Shown: positions 40,300-52,519 of the stretch, in pieces
Position numbering within the stretch: the first letter of the stretch is position 1
How the letters are laid out: each line of letters opens with the position of its first letter
Source: Raillietiella orientalis
Lineage: Eukaryota
DNA: 64,000 nucleotides
Direction: 5' to 3'
Assembly: GCA_036172245.1 (NCBI GenBank)
Contig: JAYWIR010000067.1
Span: forward strand, 124,001-188,000
The notes under the pieces: model-generated
The model's database searches: none
What the model saw: the letters and a program-made list of their open reading frames with translations, nothing else
Told to the model about the DNA's origin: nothing
Translations under genes and position numbers: made by a program

Positions 40300-40682
40300 G
40301 AGCCGTCGCCAAGGCAACGAAGGAGAGCGCGAGAGAGAGAGGAGGAAGTTGACCATGGGACATTTTTTGTCAGATGTATCCGTGTTTGTCGCGCACGTGG
40401 CTGCAGCAGCCCACCCGATCCCCCTTCTGCCCCGTTGCGTTTCCACTACTCGAAGAAAGAGAAAAAGAAAAAAAAAAAAAAAGCGGCAGCAGGAACAATA
40501 GCAACAAAAAGCAGTGGCTTCTGCCGTCTCCGTGGCAACCGCGGTGGTTCCTTGTGTGTATCCCCACCTTCCCGCCCAACCCCCACCCGCTTTCATGTGC
40601 ATGCAAAACGGCCCGATTGCAAGAATTTGATCCACGGCGAAGATTCGGAAAAAAGGGAAAGAGGGAAGGGGAAAAGAGTGAA

Positions 40683-40688
40683 AATAAA
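40683..40688 (+). terminator. Candidate polyadenylation signal for TOX
   Basis: AATAAA (tandem aataaataaa) about 380 nt after the stop codon; alternatives near 42834. Confidence 0.35.
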
Positions 40689-43129
40689 TAAATGGAAACG
40701 GGAAAAAAAGGGAGGGGAAGGAGGGAGGGAGAGAAGGGGGTGTCGCTTGGGAAGAGCGACAAATCACCCACATGCGCGCGCAGGGTTTCCAACGACCCCG
40801 AGGCGAGAAGAAAGCGGCGGCGTTGCCATCGAGACGACGGCCTCATCCCCGCGCTCCGACGTGCCTGGACCGAGGAGTGTGAGAGTGGCGGCACGGCTTC
40901 AGATCGCGCGAGTCGCCCGTGTGCCCTCTTTCTCGCCGCTCCCTGCCGTGGGGGATGATAGTGCGAGGTGGAGGAGCGGCGAGACAGAGGGCACGCGCAG
41001 CAGGCGCTTCCCTTTCTGCGGGAAAGGAGGGCGCTTGCGCAGTGGGTGATCTCGTGTCGCATATCCCCACCCGTCGGGCTGAACGGGAGAGGCTCGCAGT
41101 CTCAGCGGTGAGGGTGGACGGTGGTCCTGGAAGATCGGCGCAAAGCGGCGTGCGTACTGGTCACTGCCTCCCATTCGGTCCGCCCGATGGCCTTGCGTCG
41201 GTGGCCCCGCTGTCGGGTTCCCATCAGGCGCTCTGGTCGAGGACGGATCCGATCGTCTCTTGCCCATGCCGGACTCCGGTCCGGCCGAGCACCCGGAAGC
41301 CCCGCTTGGCGGCGCCCCCCTCGTTCCCCTTCTCCACCCTCCAGTGTATCCGAAACCTGGCTTCCGCGCTCGCTCCAGGTGTAGCGGGCACCTGAGGCTG
41401 CTGCTCCGCTCTGCGTATGGCTCACGGGGAGGAGGTTCTCATCCCCGACTTGTGACCTTTGGTTGACTACGGTGCGTTCGCGGCGGAAGCGGCTCCACCA
41501 GTTCGGTGGGGCATCGCCGCTCTGGAAAGCTGCTGCTGCTCTTTCTGCCGGAAGGGCGTCTTTGCATCGCCGCCCGCCTCTCGCGGGTGCCTCTACCGAC
41601 CGCGGGATTTTCGTCGAGCGCCCCGACCGCTGGCGGCCGTCTTGCGCTCCGCTGGACTCCTGGCAAACAGGCCCAGCTGCCAAAGATCTCGCGTTCTCCT
41701 CGGTCTTCGTTGCGCGAGAGCAACACGGGCGTGTGTGCTGTACCGCGAGGGATCTGGGGCGTGCCCGAGCGTTCTGTGAAACTGTACATCCGGGAACAGT
41801 TTGCTGCTTCCCGGACTCTTCTGATCTTCGTGCGTCGATCCCTTCGTCGCTGAGCCATGCCTGCCAGCACGCGACGCCATGCGCCGCTCTTTTTGAAGTT
41901 TTGGATCCCCAAGGGTGCCAGGGGAGAGCTCGCGGTGCGGTGGTGGGGGTTCCTGCTACTGTGGAGCACAGCCTCTTATCCACCACAGCGTCCGAAGAGA
42001 TGGACGATCCGTGGGGAGCCTGCGAATTGCCCCCTCTTCTTGGGCGGGCGTGATAGACTCCCGGCTTCCTGATCGCGCAGGCGGCGCCGTCGACACGCGT
42101 ATTTCAAGTGGCACGCGTCGCTCGGCCTACGTAGCAACAGCGCGTGGCGTCCGTTCCTATGCGACGTTTTCCGCTCTCTTTCTACCGGGGAGACGGACCT
42201 TAAGGCTCCTTAGGCATCATCTCGGAGAGGCGAGGAGCGAAAGCCGCAGCTGGCTGCTCACGCATGGGACCTTTGCGTTCGTCGCAAGGCACCGCCTGCA
42301 GGATCGGGGCGTCGGCCAAAGGTTCAGCACTAACGCCGCCGTGCGAAGAGCGGGATCGTTGTGAGCTTTTGCCGAAGACGTCTCCCTGATGCAAACCGGT
42401 CAGCAACGGCGGCCGGGTTGTGTTTTGGGGAGGGGAGCTTTTCCTGACGCGAGTGCGAGGTACGCAGGTGCTCCCCTCTCTGCCGCTCGCGCAGTACGGG
42501 CAGCGCCAGGAAAGGGGACACCGGCCTCTCCAGCTTGATCTCTTCCTCGCCCCGTCGCTTCGCGCGTCTTCCGATTTCTTCTTTTTTTTTTTTTGGTTCG
42601 CCAAATGCCAAAGAACCGTTCGCCTCCTCAGCGGAGGCCTATGAAAAACTCTTTGACGCTATCCACGCCACGGCGTTTCCGGCCGACATTTATTAAAACA
42701 CACCGAGACATTTATTAAACCAAACTCTCAGCATTGCGGTAAGACACGCGTAAACCTAGCACGCTCCGTTTAACAAGCGGGTTGCCGGTGACGTTCTCCT
42801 CGGCAGCGGGGGGAGGGGGGAACCAAAAAGAAAAATAAAATAAAACTAAAGTGGAGATAAATACAAAAAAAGCACTCTGGAGGACCGGAAAGGGATCACC
42901 ATCCCCTAGAGAAAGTCCCCTGCATCCTTTCCAGGATGCCGGGCCACGTCCGGCTGGTACCCGCAGAAAGCAAACGGCGAGCTGGATGGCGTCCCTTTCG
43001 TTCGCTCCTTCTTCAGCTTCGCTCCAGGACTCCACAATCCCACGGATGCAGCACAGAGCTGCTGCTGAGGCTGCGGCTGGCTGGAGGATATCCCGCTCTT
43101 CGCCAGCCGCAGTTCATTACTCCAGAGAA

Positions 43130-43440
43130 GAAACGAGCAGTGGCCTCCTCCAAGTGTGTCCCTCCGGAGAGAATAAGAGGGTTCCTTTCGGAATTCTCTC
43201 CGGAGACGACCAGAGCGAAGGTTCCCTTTGGGGTTTTCCTACCAGGCGCGGGGGGAACGGACTGCTTCCTCCGGAGCCTTCCTGGATTCCCAGGGTGACC
43301 CTTTCTCAGGGTATCTCTTTACTCAAAGAGTTGACACGCAGCCTCGGGTGGCGTCGACGCATCGAAGAGTTTCGCGACCCCCCTCCCCCTGAGGAGACGG
43401 ATGATTCTTTTGCACTTGGCGAAGCCGAAAGAAACAAGCT
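43130..43440 (+). mobile_element. SINE-like element, copy 3 (3' half)
   Basis: ggaacggactgcttcctccggag and cctcgggtggcgtcgacg..gcgaccccctccccctgaggag..tgcacttggcgaa plus an A-rich end match the 3' halves of copies 1 and 2. Confidence 0.6.
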
Positions 43441-44785
43441 GAAGGAAGAGGAGCGAAAGCAGGAGAACCCAAAAAGAGAAAGCAGGACCACCGCTGCCTC
43501 AGTTGCGGGTGGCCAACCGCCTTGAGGACTTCGATTTTCATCCTGTGACACCGGGGCGTTGATTTTATAATAACAAACCAACAAACAAACCAGCTGGGAA
43601 ACGGGCCCTCCCCAAAACAAAACTAAAAGGAAAAGAAGTCCATTTGGAGGGTCCACCGATACGCCGGTCAGGACATCCAAAAGTCTGGAAAGGGAAAAAG
43701 AAATAGAGAAAGAGACATGGCGAGTGGGGACGAGGGTCTTTGGTGTGCCTCGTTCCTTCTTGAAAAACTGGGAAAAGTCCAGAACGAGTGGGAGAGGAAA
43801 AATTAAAAAAATAAGGAAATAAATGAATAAAGGGAGGGTGAGAACAGGGGTCACCTGTGATGGTCGTTCTTTCTTTGTAGAGCCGACGCCACATGCCGGC
43901 GATCTCCATCTTGACTTCTTCCAAGCGAGGCCACTCAGCAGTCATCCTCGTTTAGGCGACCGCCAGGCCAGTGACCTCCCTCTCTCCGGTGCGCCCGCAA
44001 CTCCGGCACGTGGCGGGTCGCGACGATGGCGCGGATGCAGCACGTCGTCGCCATCACATGCACACCACGGCGCCCGTCGCGACTCCGCCTCTCGTGAGGA
44101 ATTGCTGCAGCAAGACCTTGGCAACATCCTCAGGATGCAGGATCTCTGAAGCCAGCAGCAGCCTCAGTTCCTAGAGGGCGCCGCAGTGAGTCCAACGGCA
44201 GGTGCGGGAATGATCCCATCGCCCCGCACCCGAAGCAGTTTTGAGGAGACGATTTCCCTGGGAACGAGGTTCCTACGCTGGTTGCACTGGATACCCCACT
44301 GCAGAAACAGCAACACATCCTGTCTCCACCTCAAGAAAGGAACGCGGAAGTGTTCGCGCGGATCTCGAGGGTGGCGCTGCGAACGCGTTGTACGGCTCGG
44401 CCACTCCATCTCGCGCGGAGCGTCCCAAGCAGGCCGAGCCTAGCGAGGTGAGTTGCACGGTTCCCACCGGGAGGAAGTGAGGAAAGTCTCCGGAAACCGC
44501 GAACTGATTTCGTCGCCTCCCTTTGGGATGGTCCTTCGGTGCGGGTGCAGTTTGTCTTGCTCAGCTTTCTCCAGTCCTTGGCTCCCCTTTCCCTGCCTGG
44601 CCTCTTCATGGTGCGGAGGAATGCATGCAAGAAGTCGGCCGAAGAATATTCGCAACTATGTTTATCGATAATTCATATTCTCTTTGGAGCAATGAGCAAG
44701 ATCATTAACAGTTCTTATCAGAAGGGTTCTTCAGAATGCAATAAAACAATCGTAAAATCTGCACCATTTTTGTGACAAGACTTGT

Positions 44786-44816
44786 CCAAAAGTTTCCAAG
44801 ACTTGGAAACTTTTGG
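44786..44816. repeat. Perfect 15-bp inverted repeat with 1-nt spacer
   Basis: ccaaaagtttccaag-a-cttggaaacttttgg. Confidence 0.9.
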
Positions 44817-45328
44817 TGCTGAAGGAAGCAAAAAAAAAATGAAATAAATGAATGCATGGATAAAAAATATCATACTAGGGATGAGAAAGATCGATATTTA
44901 TGAATATCTCAGATTATCCTCATCCGAGATAGCCATATCTGAAATGAGGGGTCTGTGTTTGCTTGTGTTTGAAGATCAGCAAAATTCAATGTAATTGATC
45001 ACAAACAACAGATTATGGGAGTGGCTATTCATAGTGTGAAAAAAGAAGAGTCAACCATTCATATTCAGAAAAAGAAATAATAGTTAATACTTACGATCTA
45101 TTCAAAATCAATATGATTTACTCACCAGGCCTTCACTAAGACTCAAATGGTGATTTAATGAGAAGAAATTTGATATACCATGGGTTCAGATACTTGGCAA
45201 TGCTGCTTTGATTTTGGAGCTCGGCTGGAGAAAATGGAGGTTGACAGGCTGAAGCGCGTGTGGTTTATGGTTTTGTTGGGTTTTGGTATGAAGAACGAAC
45301 GCTTTCGAGCCCACCTACCCTCACCTTG

Positions 45329-48300
45329 ATGTTAGAGGAGGTTATTATGAAGCCTTCATATGACGAATGCCTGGCAAATTTTCCAACGTTGAAGTCGTTG
45401 TGCACAAATTTTAGTGAGGAAATAAATGTGTGTGTCAATAACGCTGTAGTTATTCAGAATCTGTTGGATAGATTGCAGTCTGTGGAAAAGTACGTAATGA
45501 TTTATATCAAGAACCAGTTGAGGTGTAATTTATTAGCAGGTTTTCTGATAAAGCCCAGCAATGCCCTCGGTTTGTCAATCATTATTGCATAAAGGTTTTT
45601 CATTTTTAAGTTAAGTTACTCTGTAAGATGCTGATAGCAATTAATATTTATTGCAAACATTGGATGTAGATTTTCATTGCTGGTTTCCGGTTTAAACATT
45701 GAGTGAATATGTAGTGAAACTGTTTGTGGATGTTACGTTCGCGTTTCATTAAAAGTGATTCAATGAAACTCTTAACATAACATTCGGTGTGAAATTTTTC
45801 CCCATGAGTCAAAGAAATAATTGAAAATTTCTTTAAGAAATCTAATTATTCTAAATAGTTTATCATTAAGAAAAGAAAAATGAATTAAGATGTATGAGGT
45901 AGTTTTGTGAAGTTTTGAGCATTACTTTAACCCATGATGTCAAGTTTCATATTTAGTTTGGAACATATATATATATATATTGTAGAGTAAGGAAAACATC
46001 TAGCATCTTTGAAAATTTTCCTGATCTCAATGGAATGCTTCAGTACAAAATTTTGTTATGTTATAATGAGAATTTTGGCATACTAGAAAGATCTTTGTAA
46101 GTATAAGACTTTCATTGCATACATTCCTGAGAATAATAATTGTTTTTCCTTGTGATTTGGGATTTAATTATTCAGATTTCTCTGCATAATCCCTAGTTGG
46201 GTTTGACATTTTTTATGCCATTACCAAGTATACAGTGTGCCCTACTGTAATTCACATGATACCAACTAACTGATTGGGTAAATTGAAACCTTGTTTTTTG
46301 TTAATGATGAGTTTAAGACAAGCATACGTAATTCAAGCAAACAAATATGCTTTAGTGCAAATACTGTATATCAATGATTGAAATGGGAACATATGGGGAA
46401 AAAAAACACCATGCAAATCAAGTGAAATTCAGAAAGAATGAGTGTTGAATCATCCTGATATTCCCAGTATTTTTGATTAGCATGGATACAAGGTGATATC
46501 TGAATTTTATGAACACATTAAAATAAGTTTAAATACCTGTAAAACTGTCAAGGAGTCTTTTACTTGGAATGCAATTATGATTTAAGCATCAGATCCCTTG
46601 TATGAATGAAGCTTGCCATTGCTGATTTTGATAGCTATTTAGATAATGTTTTGGTAGATCCTCACAACGAAAACACCTTGCAGGAAAAACCATCAGCCAA
46701 AGTGGCACAGGTACAAACGTTTGTGTCTTCCACATCTTATGACTACAAGATGTGGAAAACTCCAAATGAATAACCTCAATCTCATTTCAATATGAGGTTG
46801 AGATCCCATGTATGACATGAACCCTTGTTTCATCCACCTCCAGAAATCCATTCCATGGCTACTTTTTCGTAATCTTTTCGCCCCCAAGTGTGGATTTATT
46901 ACTTGAACCCATCAGTGGCTTGCATTCTTATAGAGCATAGTAATGGGACAAAGGACAGCAGAAGTGCCAGTTCGAGGAGGGAGTAGTTGCAGGCTGAACT
47001 GGAGGCACACGACGACGTTGCTGGAAACGTACCACTGTGATGGCAACCTGTTGTGGCAAAGAGACCTTCCATTCAGGTATCCAAGGGATCCGAATGCCAT
47101 GGAAGGAGGAATTTCAACAGGAAGCCAACTTCCTTGGCAGGCAGTCAGATCCGTGCAGCTTTTTAGCAGGTTTTTTTGGTTCGAGGGAGGAGCTTCCCGG
47201 TCGTACTTTCACCCTCTCCAAGGACCTACACGTCCCCCCCCCTCCTTGTGCATGCGTTTCGCAGCTGAAGGCCGCGTTGGGTGTCCCCTGGCGCACCACG
47301 GATTGTGCAACTCACCCGAACCGTCGTGGCTCCTTGGTGGCATTATGGATTTTCGGGTGCTCTTTCCGGGTGTGTGCTTTCATGCCGTCGTCATTTCGTT
47401 TCGTTATTTCGGGGCGTTTGGTTGGCAAATTTCCTCCTTCGCCCGCGGGGCGAAGAGCATGTCGGGCTGTGAAGATGGTGTCCGTTTTGTGCAAGAATTT
47501 TCGAAAGGTGTTCCCGGGTTTCCGGCCCACCAGAGATCTCGGTACGAACTGGTGGCATTTTCTGGAGCTGTTCACGCCGAGTCAAATGGAAAGAGAGAAG
47601 AAAAAGAAAAATTCTATGCGCCGTGCCGATGTTTACCCTGAGATTTGCCGCCGTTACCCATGCATGGTCTCCCATAAGAGTTTTAACGAGTTGTTTGTAC
47701 GCGTATATTGTTCGCTTGCATATCTTGAACTGGCGCTCTTCTTGTCGCTTTGAAAAGAGTGGACACTCGAGATTCGAGGAGGTTGTGGCATAAGGCAATT
47801 TGCCTCGTTTCTTTTTTCTTTTTCTTTTTGCGTCGTAGCTTCGGTCTCATTCCGTTGTCCCTCTCACGAGGGAAAACGAGCGTTCCGCTCGAGGCTGTTC
47901 TTACATGCCTCAGGTAGTCGGTCGGTCTCCTTAGCACACGCTGCCTTCGGTGTCTCCTGACTTGCAATTCTGCGATCTTCACTTTTTCATGCCATGAGAA
48001 TAAAGTGGGTTCTTAATCACACATCCTGCAATCGGGCGCGGAGCCTTCCACTTATCAGCTACTTGCAGTAATAAATGGTTAGTGCTGCGTCCAAGCACCC
48101 CGAACTCACTTTACGGTGTCCACAGTGCGGTACAAAAAAGTCTTAGGACTGAGATCAGTGAAAATCAAAAAAAGCACGGAATCACCATTTTGTTTTACAC
48201 ATTTCATTCATTTAGAACGCGATCCATCTACTCCGTACACTAGCTGGCGCGGGATTCCGGCATCTGCATGGCGACGGCATGGTCCGTTTCAGGAATCCCC

Positions 48301-51196
48301 TTCAAACGCTCTGTCGCAGCTCACCAGAATGCCCCTGATGGTGTCAGGTTCGGCCCTTCTTCAGCTACAATTTCATTCGGGGGATAGGGAATGCTCAGGA
48401 GGAGACGAATCCGGCGAGTGTGCGAGGGCGGATCGCGCGCCCCGTTCCTTTCCGCCTCCGTGCAGCCGCCGCACTGCTCGTGTTGGCGGCCGCCGGGCGT
48501 CGCGGGTTCGAATCCTGCCCGCGAAAGGGTGGACGCCGAGAACGGGGGTGCGTCCTGGGTTTCGATTCCCCCCTGCAGGATGACGCTGGCTGGCCTATTC
48601 GAGCGTGGCGGCACTGGTGGGATCCGGAAACCTGGTGTCCCCGTTGACCGGCAGGGATCAGAAGTCGACCCTCCGGGATTCTTCCAGGAACCAAGGAGCC
48701 CTTCAGTCGGTTGTGAAAGTGAAGCTAGTCGATAACCCCCTCGGGAGGTTGCCTCTCCAGACTGTTAAGAAGCGCTCTGCTTCCTTCAGGGAGCGTTCTT
48801 CGATGAAATTCGGAAGCGTCCCTCAAGAAATGAGGATTGGCCTCCTAAGGGGGGCCCTCCGGGGACAACCAGGGCGAGGGTTCCCTCCAAAGGCGCAAGA
48901 GGAAAGGACTCCTTCCTCTGGGGCCTTTCTCGATTCTATAGGGTAGTGTCTTTTTGGTTCACTGTCTTGAATAGTCGACACTCACCCTCGGGTGGCGTCG
49001 ACGGTGCTTCAAGACCTTTGCGACCCCCTCCCCCCGAGGAGCGGACGTTTCTTCAGCACTTGGCGAAACAAAAGGAAAGAAAGAAACAGTTCGTGCTCTG
49101 GAATCGGGGGGTGGAGGGAATCGCACCACAAATTTTAATCGGGGAGACGAGGAGGCAGAGGGGATCTCGTTGGGGAAGGAGGGAAGTGCCATGAGGACAG
49201 CCAGAGAAAGCGGAACACTTCGGCGGAGTTTTCTGCGCACCTCGCTGGCGGACCCACGCACGGCCGGACCAGAAGCGGAAGTTCCGGAAGCGTCGCCTGG
49301 ACTGAAGGAAGTTTCCCAGTCCCAGCGAGTGCTTCCAAAGCGGGCTTCTCCGTAACCGGGGAAGCCGCATGCTGTGCATCTCACCAGACGCTTTTCCGGC
49401 GGATGAGCGGGCTTTCACTTTTCGGGAGACTTCCCTTTCTCCCACCCATTCCTTCCATCCATCCCTTGTTTTGTGGGAGCGAAAACGGAAAAGCCGTTTG
49501 GCGGAAGCGGAAACCCAGCGACAGGTTGCCGCGCCGAGCTGGGGGGTCGCTTCGTGTCGATATTCCGGAAGTTTACAGACAGCTTTCGTTGCAGAGCGTC
49601 GGCTGCCTCCAGCCGCGCGAAAGTGGTCAGCCTTTGCGAAAGGATGCATCGTCTCCTGCTGGACAACGTGACCACGGTCTCCGAGTACTGCGCCTGCCCA
49701 GAGGACGGGCCGTCCGTCATGCACGTCTTCGAAGGCGTCGCCGCCGTATCCAAGTGCATCAGCAGCCTGTATCCTTTGAGCTAACCCCTGGAGTTCCAGG
49801 AAGAGGGAACGGTCCAGAGGAGGCGGTGCTCCGCGTTTACTTCTTCCTCCGAGTGGTTCGCTGCTCTCCCTCCCGCCTCTCCCTCGACTTCCGTTCGCAG
49901 GCTTTCCCATCCACACCCTTCCTTGGCGAGCGTGCAAGGAATCTGAGATGCGTCTTCGGAAACCTGCTCACACATGACGCTGAGGTTCTCTTCCGCAGCG
50001 AGCTTTCCCTACTCCCGGCGCGGGCGGCATCCACGGCACTCAAAGGATCCCTGGAATCTTCGGAGCGGAGCCCTGGCGTCGGAGACGTTCCTTCCCCGCA
50101 ACGGCGTCCCCACGAGGGAACCCTCCTTGCTGCAGGCGACGAACCGCTTTCTGCCCTCTTTCGTCTCCACGCGTTCCGCCCGTTCGCCTGCCTCGCGTTT
50201 CCCGCGGCGACCACTCGCCGAATTTCCCAGCTCCTTCCCGCCTGCTTTCCCGAGGTCCTCTTCGGACGGAGGGCGATTGCCTGCAGTGGGGGGCGGGGGC
50301 AGCCCCTTCCCCGCGCCGCCGCTAGCCGGAACAAGTCGCCAGACGCCAGGGTTGCCGTGCGCAGCGGCGCGCGACGGGCGAGGCGACGCGCCTCCGGCTC
50401 GTCCCCAGCGCCGGTCTACTCGGAGGGCGTGTCGTCCGTTGGTGGCGGGACCGACCTGCCCTTTCGGGGCGTCGGGAAGCGCGCATCGTCGTCCATCGTT
50501 CGCGGAATCGGGCGCTCTTCGCCGTGTGTCTTGGACGGAGGCGCCGAGAAAGAGTCGCCCGCTCCTACAAGACACCAACCCAAGCGCTTCCGCTCGTCTC
50601 GTACCTTCCGCGACCGCGTCGTGTCGCCGCCCTCTCCGGGGCCACTCGAGGAGACGGGTCAGGGAAGGACGGCTCCCCGACGCGAGGTGGGTCCGCTTCC
50701 TCCCCGTTTGGCCCGGTCTCCTGGGGTCGTCGCTGCTCCCACCCTCTTCCGGCGCAAGCCCGTCCGCTTCCCGTGATCTTCCCACGGAGAAGCGAGAGAA
50801 GGAACGCCGCCGAACAGACTGTTTCCGCTGGGGAGTGGGGGGCGAACCCACACGTCGCTATGGTTACTCCTCGAGCCTGAGCAGGCAATGTGCATCGTCT
50901 TCATGGCTTACCTGGTGGTCCTCTGCATGCTTTTTCTTATCATGGCTGTTATCTCCTTATGGTACTGAGGGTTTCGCGGCGACTCGCGCCAGTATGCCCC
51001 CGGGGGGACGCCTGCTTCTGTGACCTGTTTGACTTGACGACGTGTCGCCAGGAATTCGGAATGCCAAGGCATCTGCGGGCAGCTGAAGAACAGGACGTGC
51101 CAGATCAGGAAGGAGCTGTGCGTCTTCCGCGCCTCGATGCCGGGACGACTCCAGGAAATCGAACACGTGTTCTTCGTTCCCGCGCTAAGGACCAAG
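45329..51196 (+). CDS. Putative multi-exon gene, tentatively FIRRM/C1orf112 (FLIP)-like; model incomplete after 49768 and 3' end unresolved
   Basis: Phase-consistent GT-AG exon chain 45329-45489 (MLEEVIMKPSYDECLANFPTL..), 45986-46096 (VRKTSSIFENF..), 46635-46710, 46934-47076 (..TTLLETYHCDG..), 49595-49768 (KVVSLCERMHRLLLDNV..VMHVFEGVAAVSKCISSL). A second chain follows: 50885-50961 (AMCIVFMAYLVVLCMLFLIMAVISLW) and 51052-51196 or 51201 (NSECQGICGQLKNRTCQIRKEL..LQEIEHVFFV), with another likely exon from 51282. Family assignment is a by-eye recollection and is weak (about 0.35); that a gene exists is more certain. Confidence 0.55.
48500..49090 (+). mobile_element. tRNA-derived SINE-like element, copy 2 (in an intron of the FIRRM-like gene)
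   Basis: B-box GGTTCGAATCC at 48505-48515, then gacgccgagaacgggggt, gatgacgctggctggcc, cggcactggtgg, ggactccttcc, ttcttcagcacttggcgaaa and an A-rich tail; collinear with 31765-32420. Confidence 0.7.
49769..49777 (+). other. U12-type (minor spliceosome) 5' splice site GTATCCTTT
   Basis: Exact RTATCCTTT consensus directly after an open, coding-like exon (49595-49768). A branch-like CCCTCGAC at 49881-49888 lies 12 nt before the end of an AG at 49899-49900. Confidence 0.65.
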
Positions 51197-52108
51197 GTCA
51201 GGTGCGAGGAGATCTAATAAACCCTCGGGGCGCCCTCGACCCTCTTCGCGCTGGTGACTGCTGCTGACGCGCGTTCCACAGGCTGCTGCGAGGCAGCGTC
51301 CCCCCCCCCCTCTCCCGTCCCGAGCCGTCGAAATTACATGGCTTCTTGTGGCTTTGGTTCTCTTGCTGGGAAGGAGGATGAGCCACCAGGCACACCCTGG
51401 AGCGGGAACCGACCGACCGCGAGAGGGCGGTCGAGTTTGTGTAGGACGACGGACACTTCCGGCCCCGCCTCCTCTCCCCGCCGTTGTCACCGGAGAAGCG
51501 CGTGCTGTCGCACGTTCCGTCCGGCCGCCGTCTGCATCCGTTCGGGTTGTACCTTTCCGGATGCGGCGTCCGCCCGCTTCCGGAGTTTGCGCCCATGGTC
51601 GGGGGCTGCGGTCTGCCTTTCGCTGACACGAGTGGCCTCCCAACCCGACCTCTGGCCAGCGCTCCCTCTGCGTCGTGTCCGTCCCAGGGCAGCCACCCCA
51701 TCCAGTGAAGTCCCGGAGATCAAAAGGTCATTCATTCTCTGCTCGTCTTCCAGAAAGAGCTGCTGGGCGGGCGCGTATGGCGATCCCTCCTTCCCCCACC
51801 GGGAACGGGCGTGGGTGCCATATTCCCCAGTCCACGTCCTCCGTGAGGACTGTTCGAAATCGCACAGGGAACACCGGGAGGACGACTATTCAGGGTGCGT
51901 TGGTCCTCCCCGTCCAACCGCCCGATGTTACTGCTCTCCAGCATGCCCCCTTTTCTGTCCCTACTCCCCCGCGCGGCCGTGCTGGAAGGAGAAGCAGATG
52001 AGGGTAGGAATGCTCCAGACGTCGGCAGCAAATCCCTCCCCTCCCTCTCCACCACGATGCTGGAGAGCTCCCAAATCCATCGACCCATCGCGTACTTCAA
52101 AATAAGGT

Positions 52109-52114
52109 TTTAAT
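52109..52114 (-). terminator. Candidate polyadenylation signal (ATTAAA) for supervillin
   Basis: Plus-strand tttaat about 400 nt downstream of the supervillin stop codon. Confidence 0.35.
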
Positions 52115-52519
52115 CCTTTGTGGATCGGTGATCAGTCGGTTGTCGTTGGCAACGCGGGCGGGGGGCAAGAAAAAGAAACAGTGAGATGGAGAAGACCAGC
52201 AACGAATCACGAAATCGGTGGGGGAGAAGGGAGAAGATGCTGGCGACGCCTGCTGGATCGTCTCTTGGCCGGGAGAGTCCGTGGCAGGGAGCGAGCACAG
52301 GAGGGGGTGGGGACTGGGTAAAAAAAAAAAACAATAACACTGCAGGCGGAGGGGGATGGGGGTGCACACAGCCGTTTGGGCCCGCCGCCGTCGGTCGCGC
52401 GGCGGGGCGAGGAGGAGGAAAGGGAGGCGGTGGGCAGACTAGAGAGAAGGGGTGACGGGAAGGGGAAGGGGGGAGCGAGGCTCTCCGCGTAGCCCTCTCC
52501 TCTTCCCCCGTCCTTCCCC

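Noticed and set aside
47037..47753. 238-aa and 232-aa ORFs as an independent gene
   Set aside because: Only 46934-47076 fits the exon chain; the acceptor near 47264 gives an immediate stop in phase 2.
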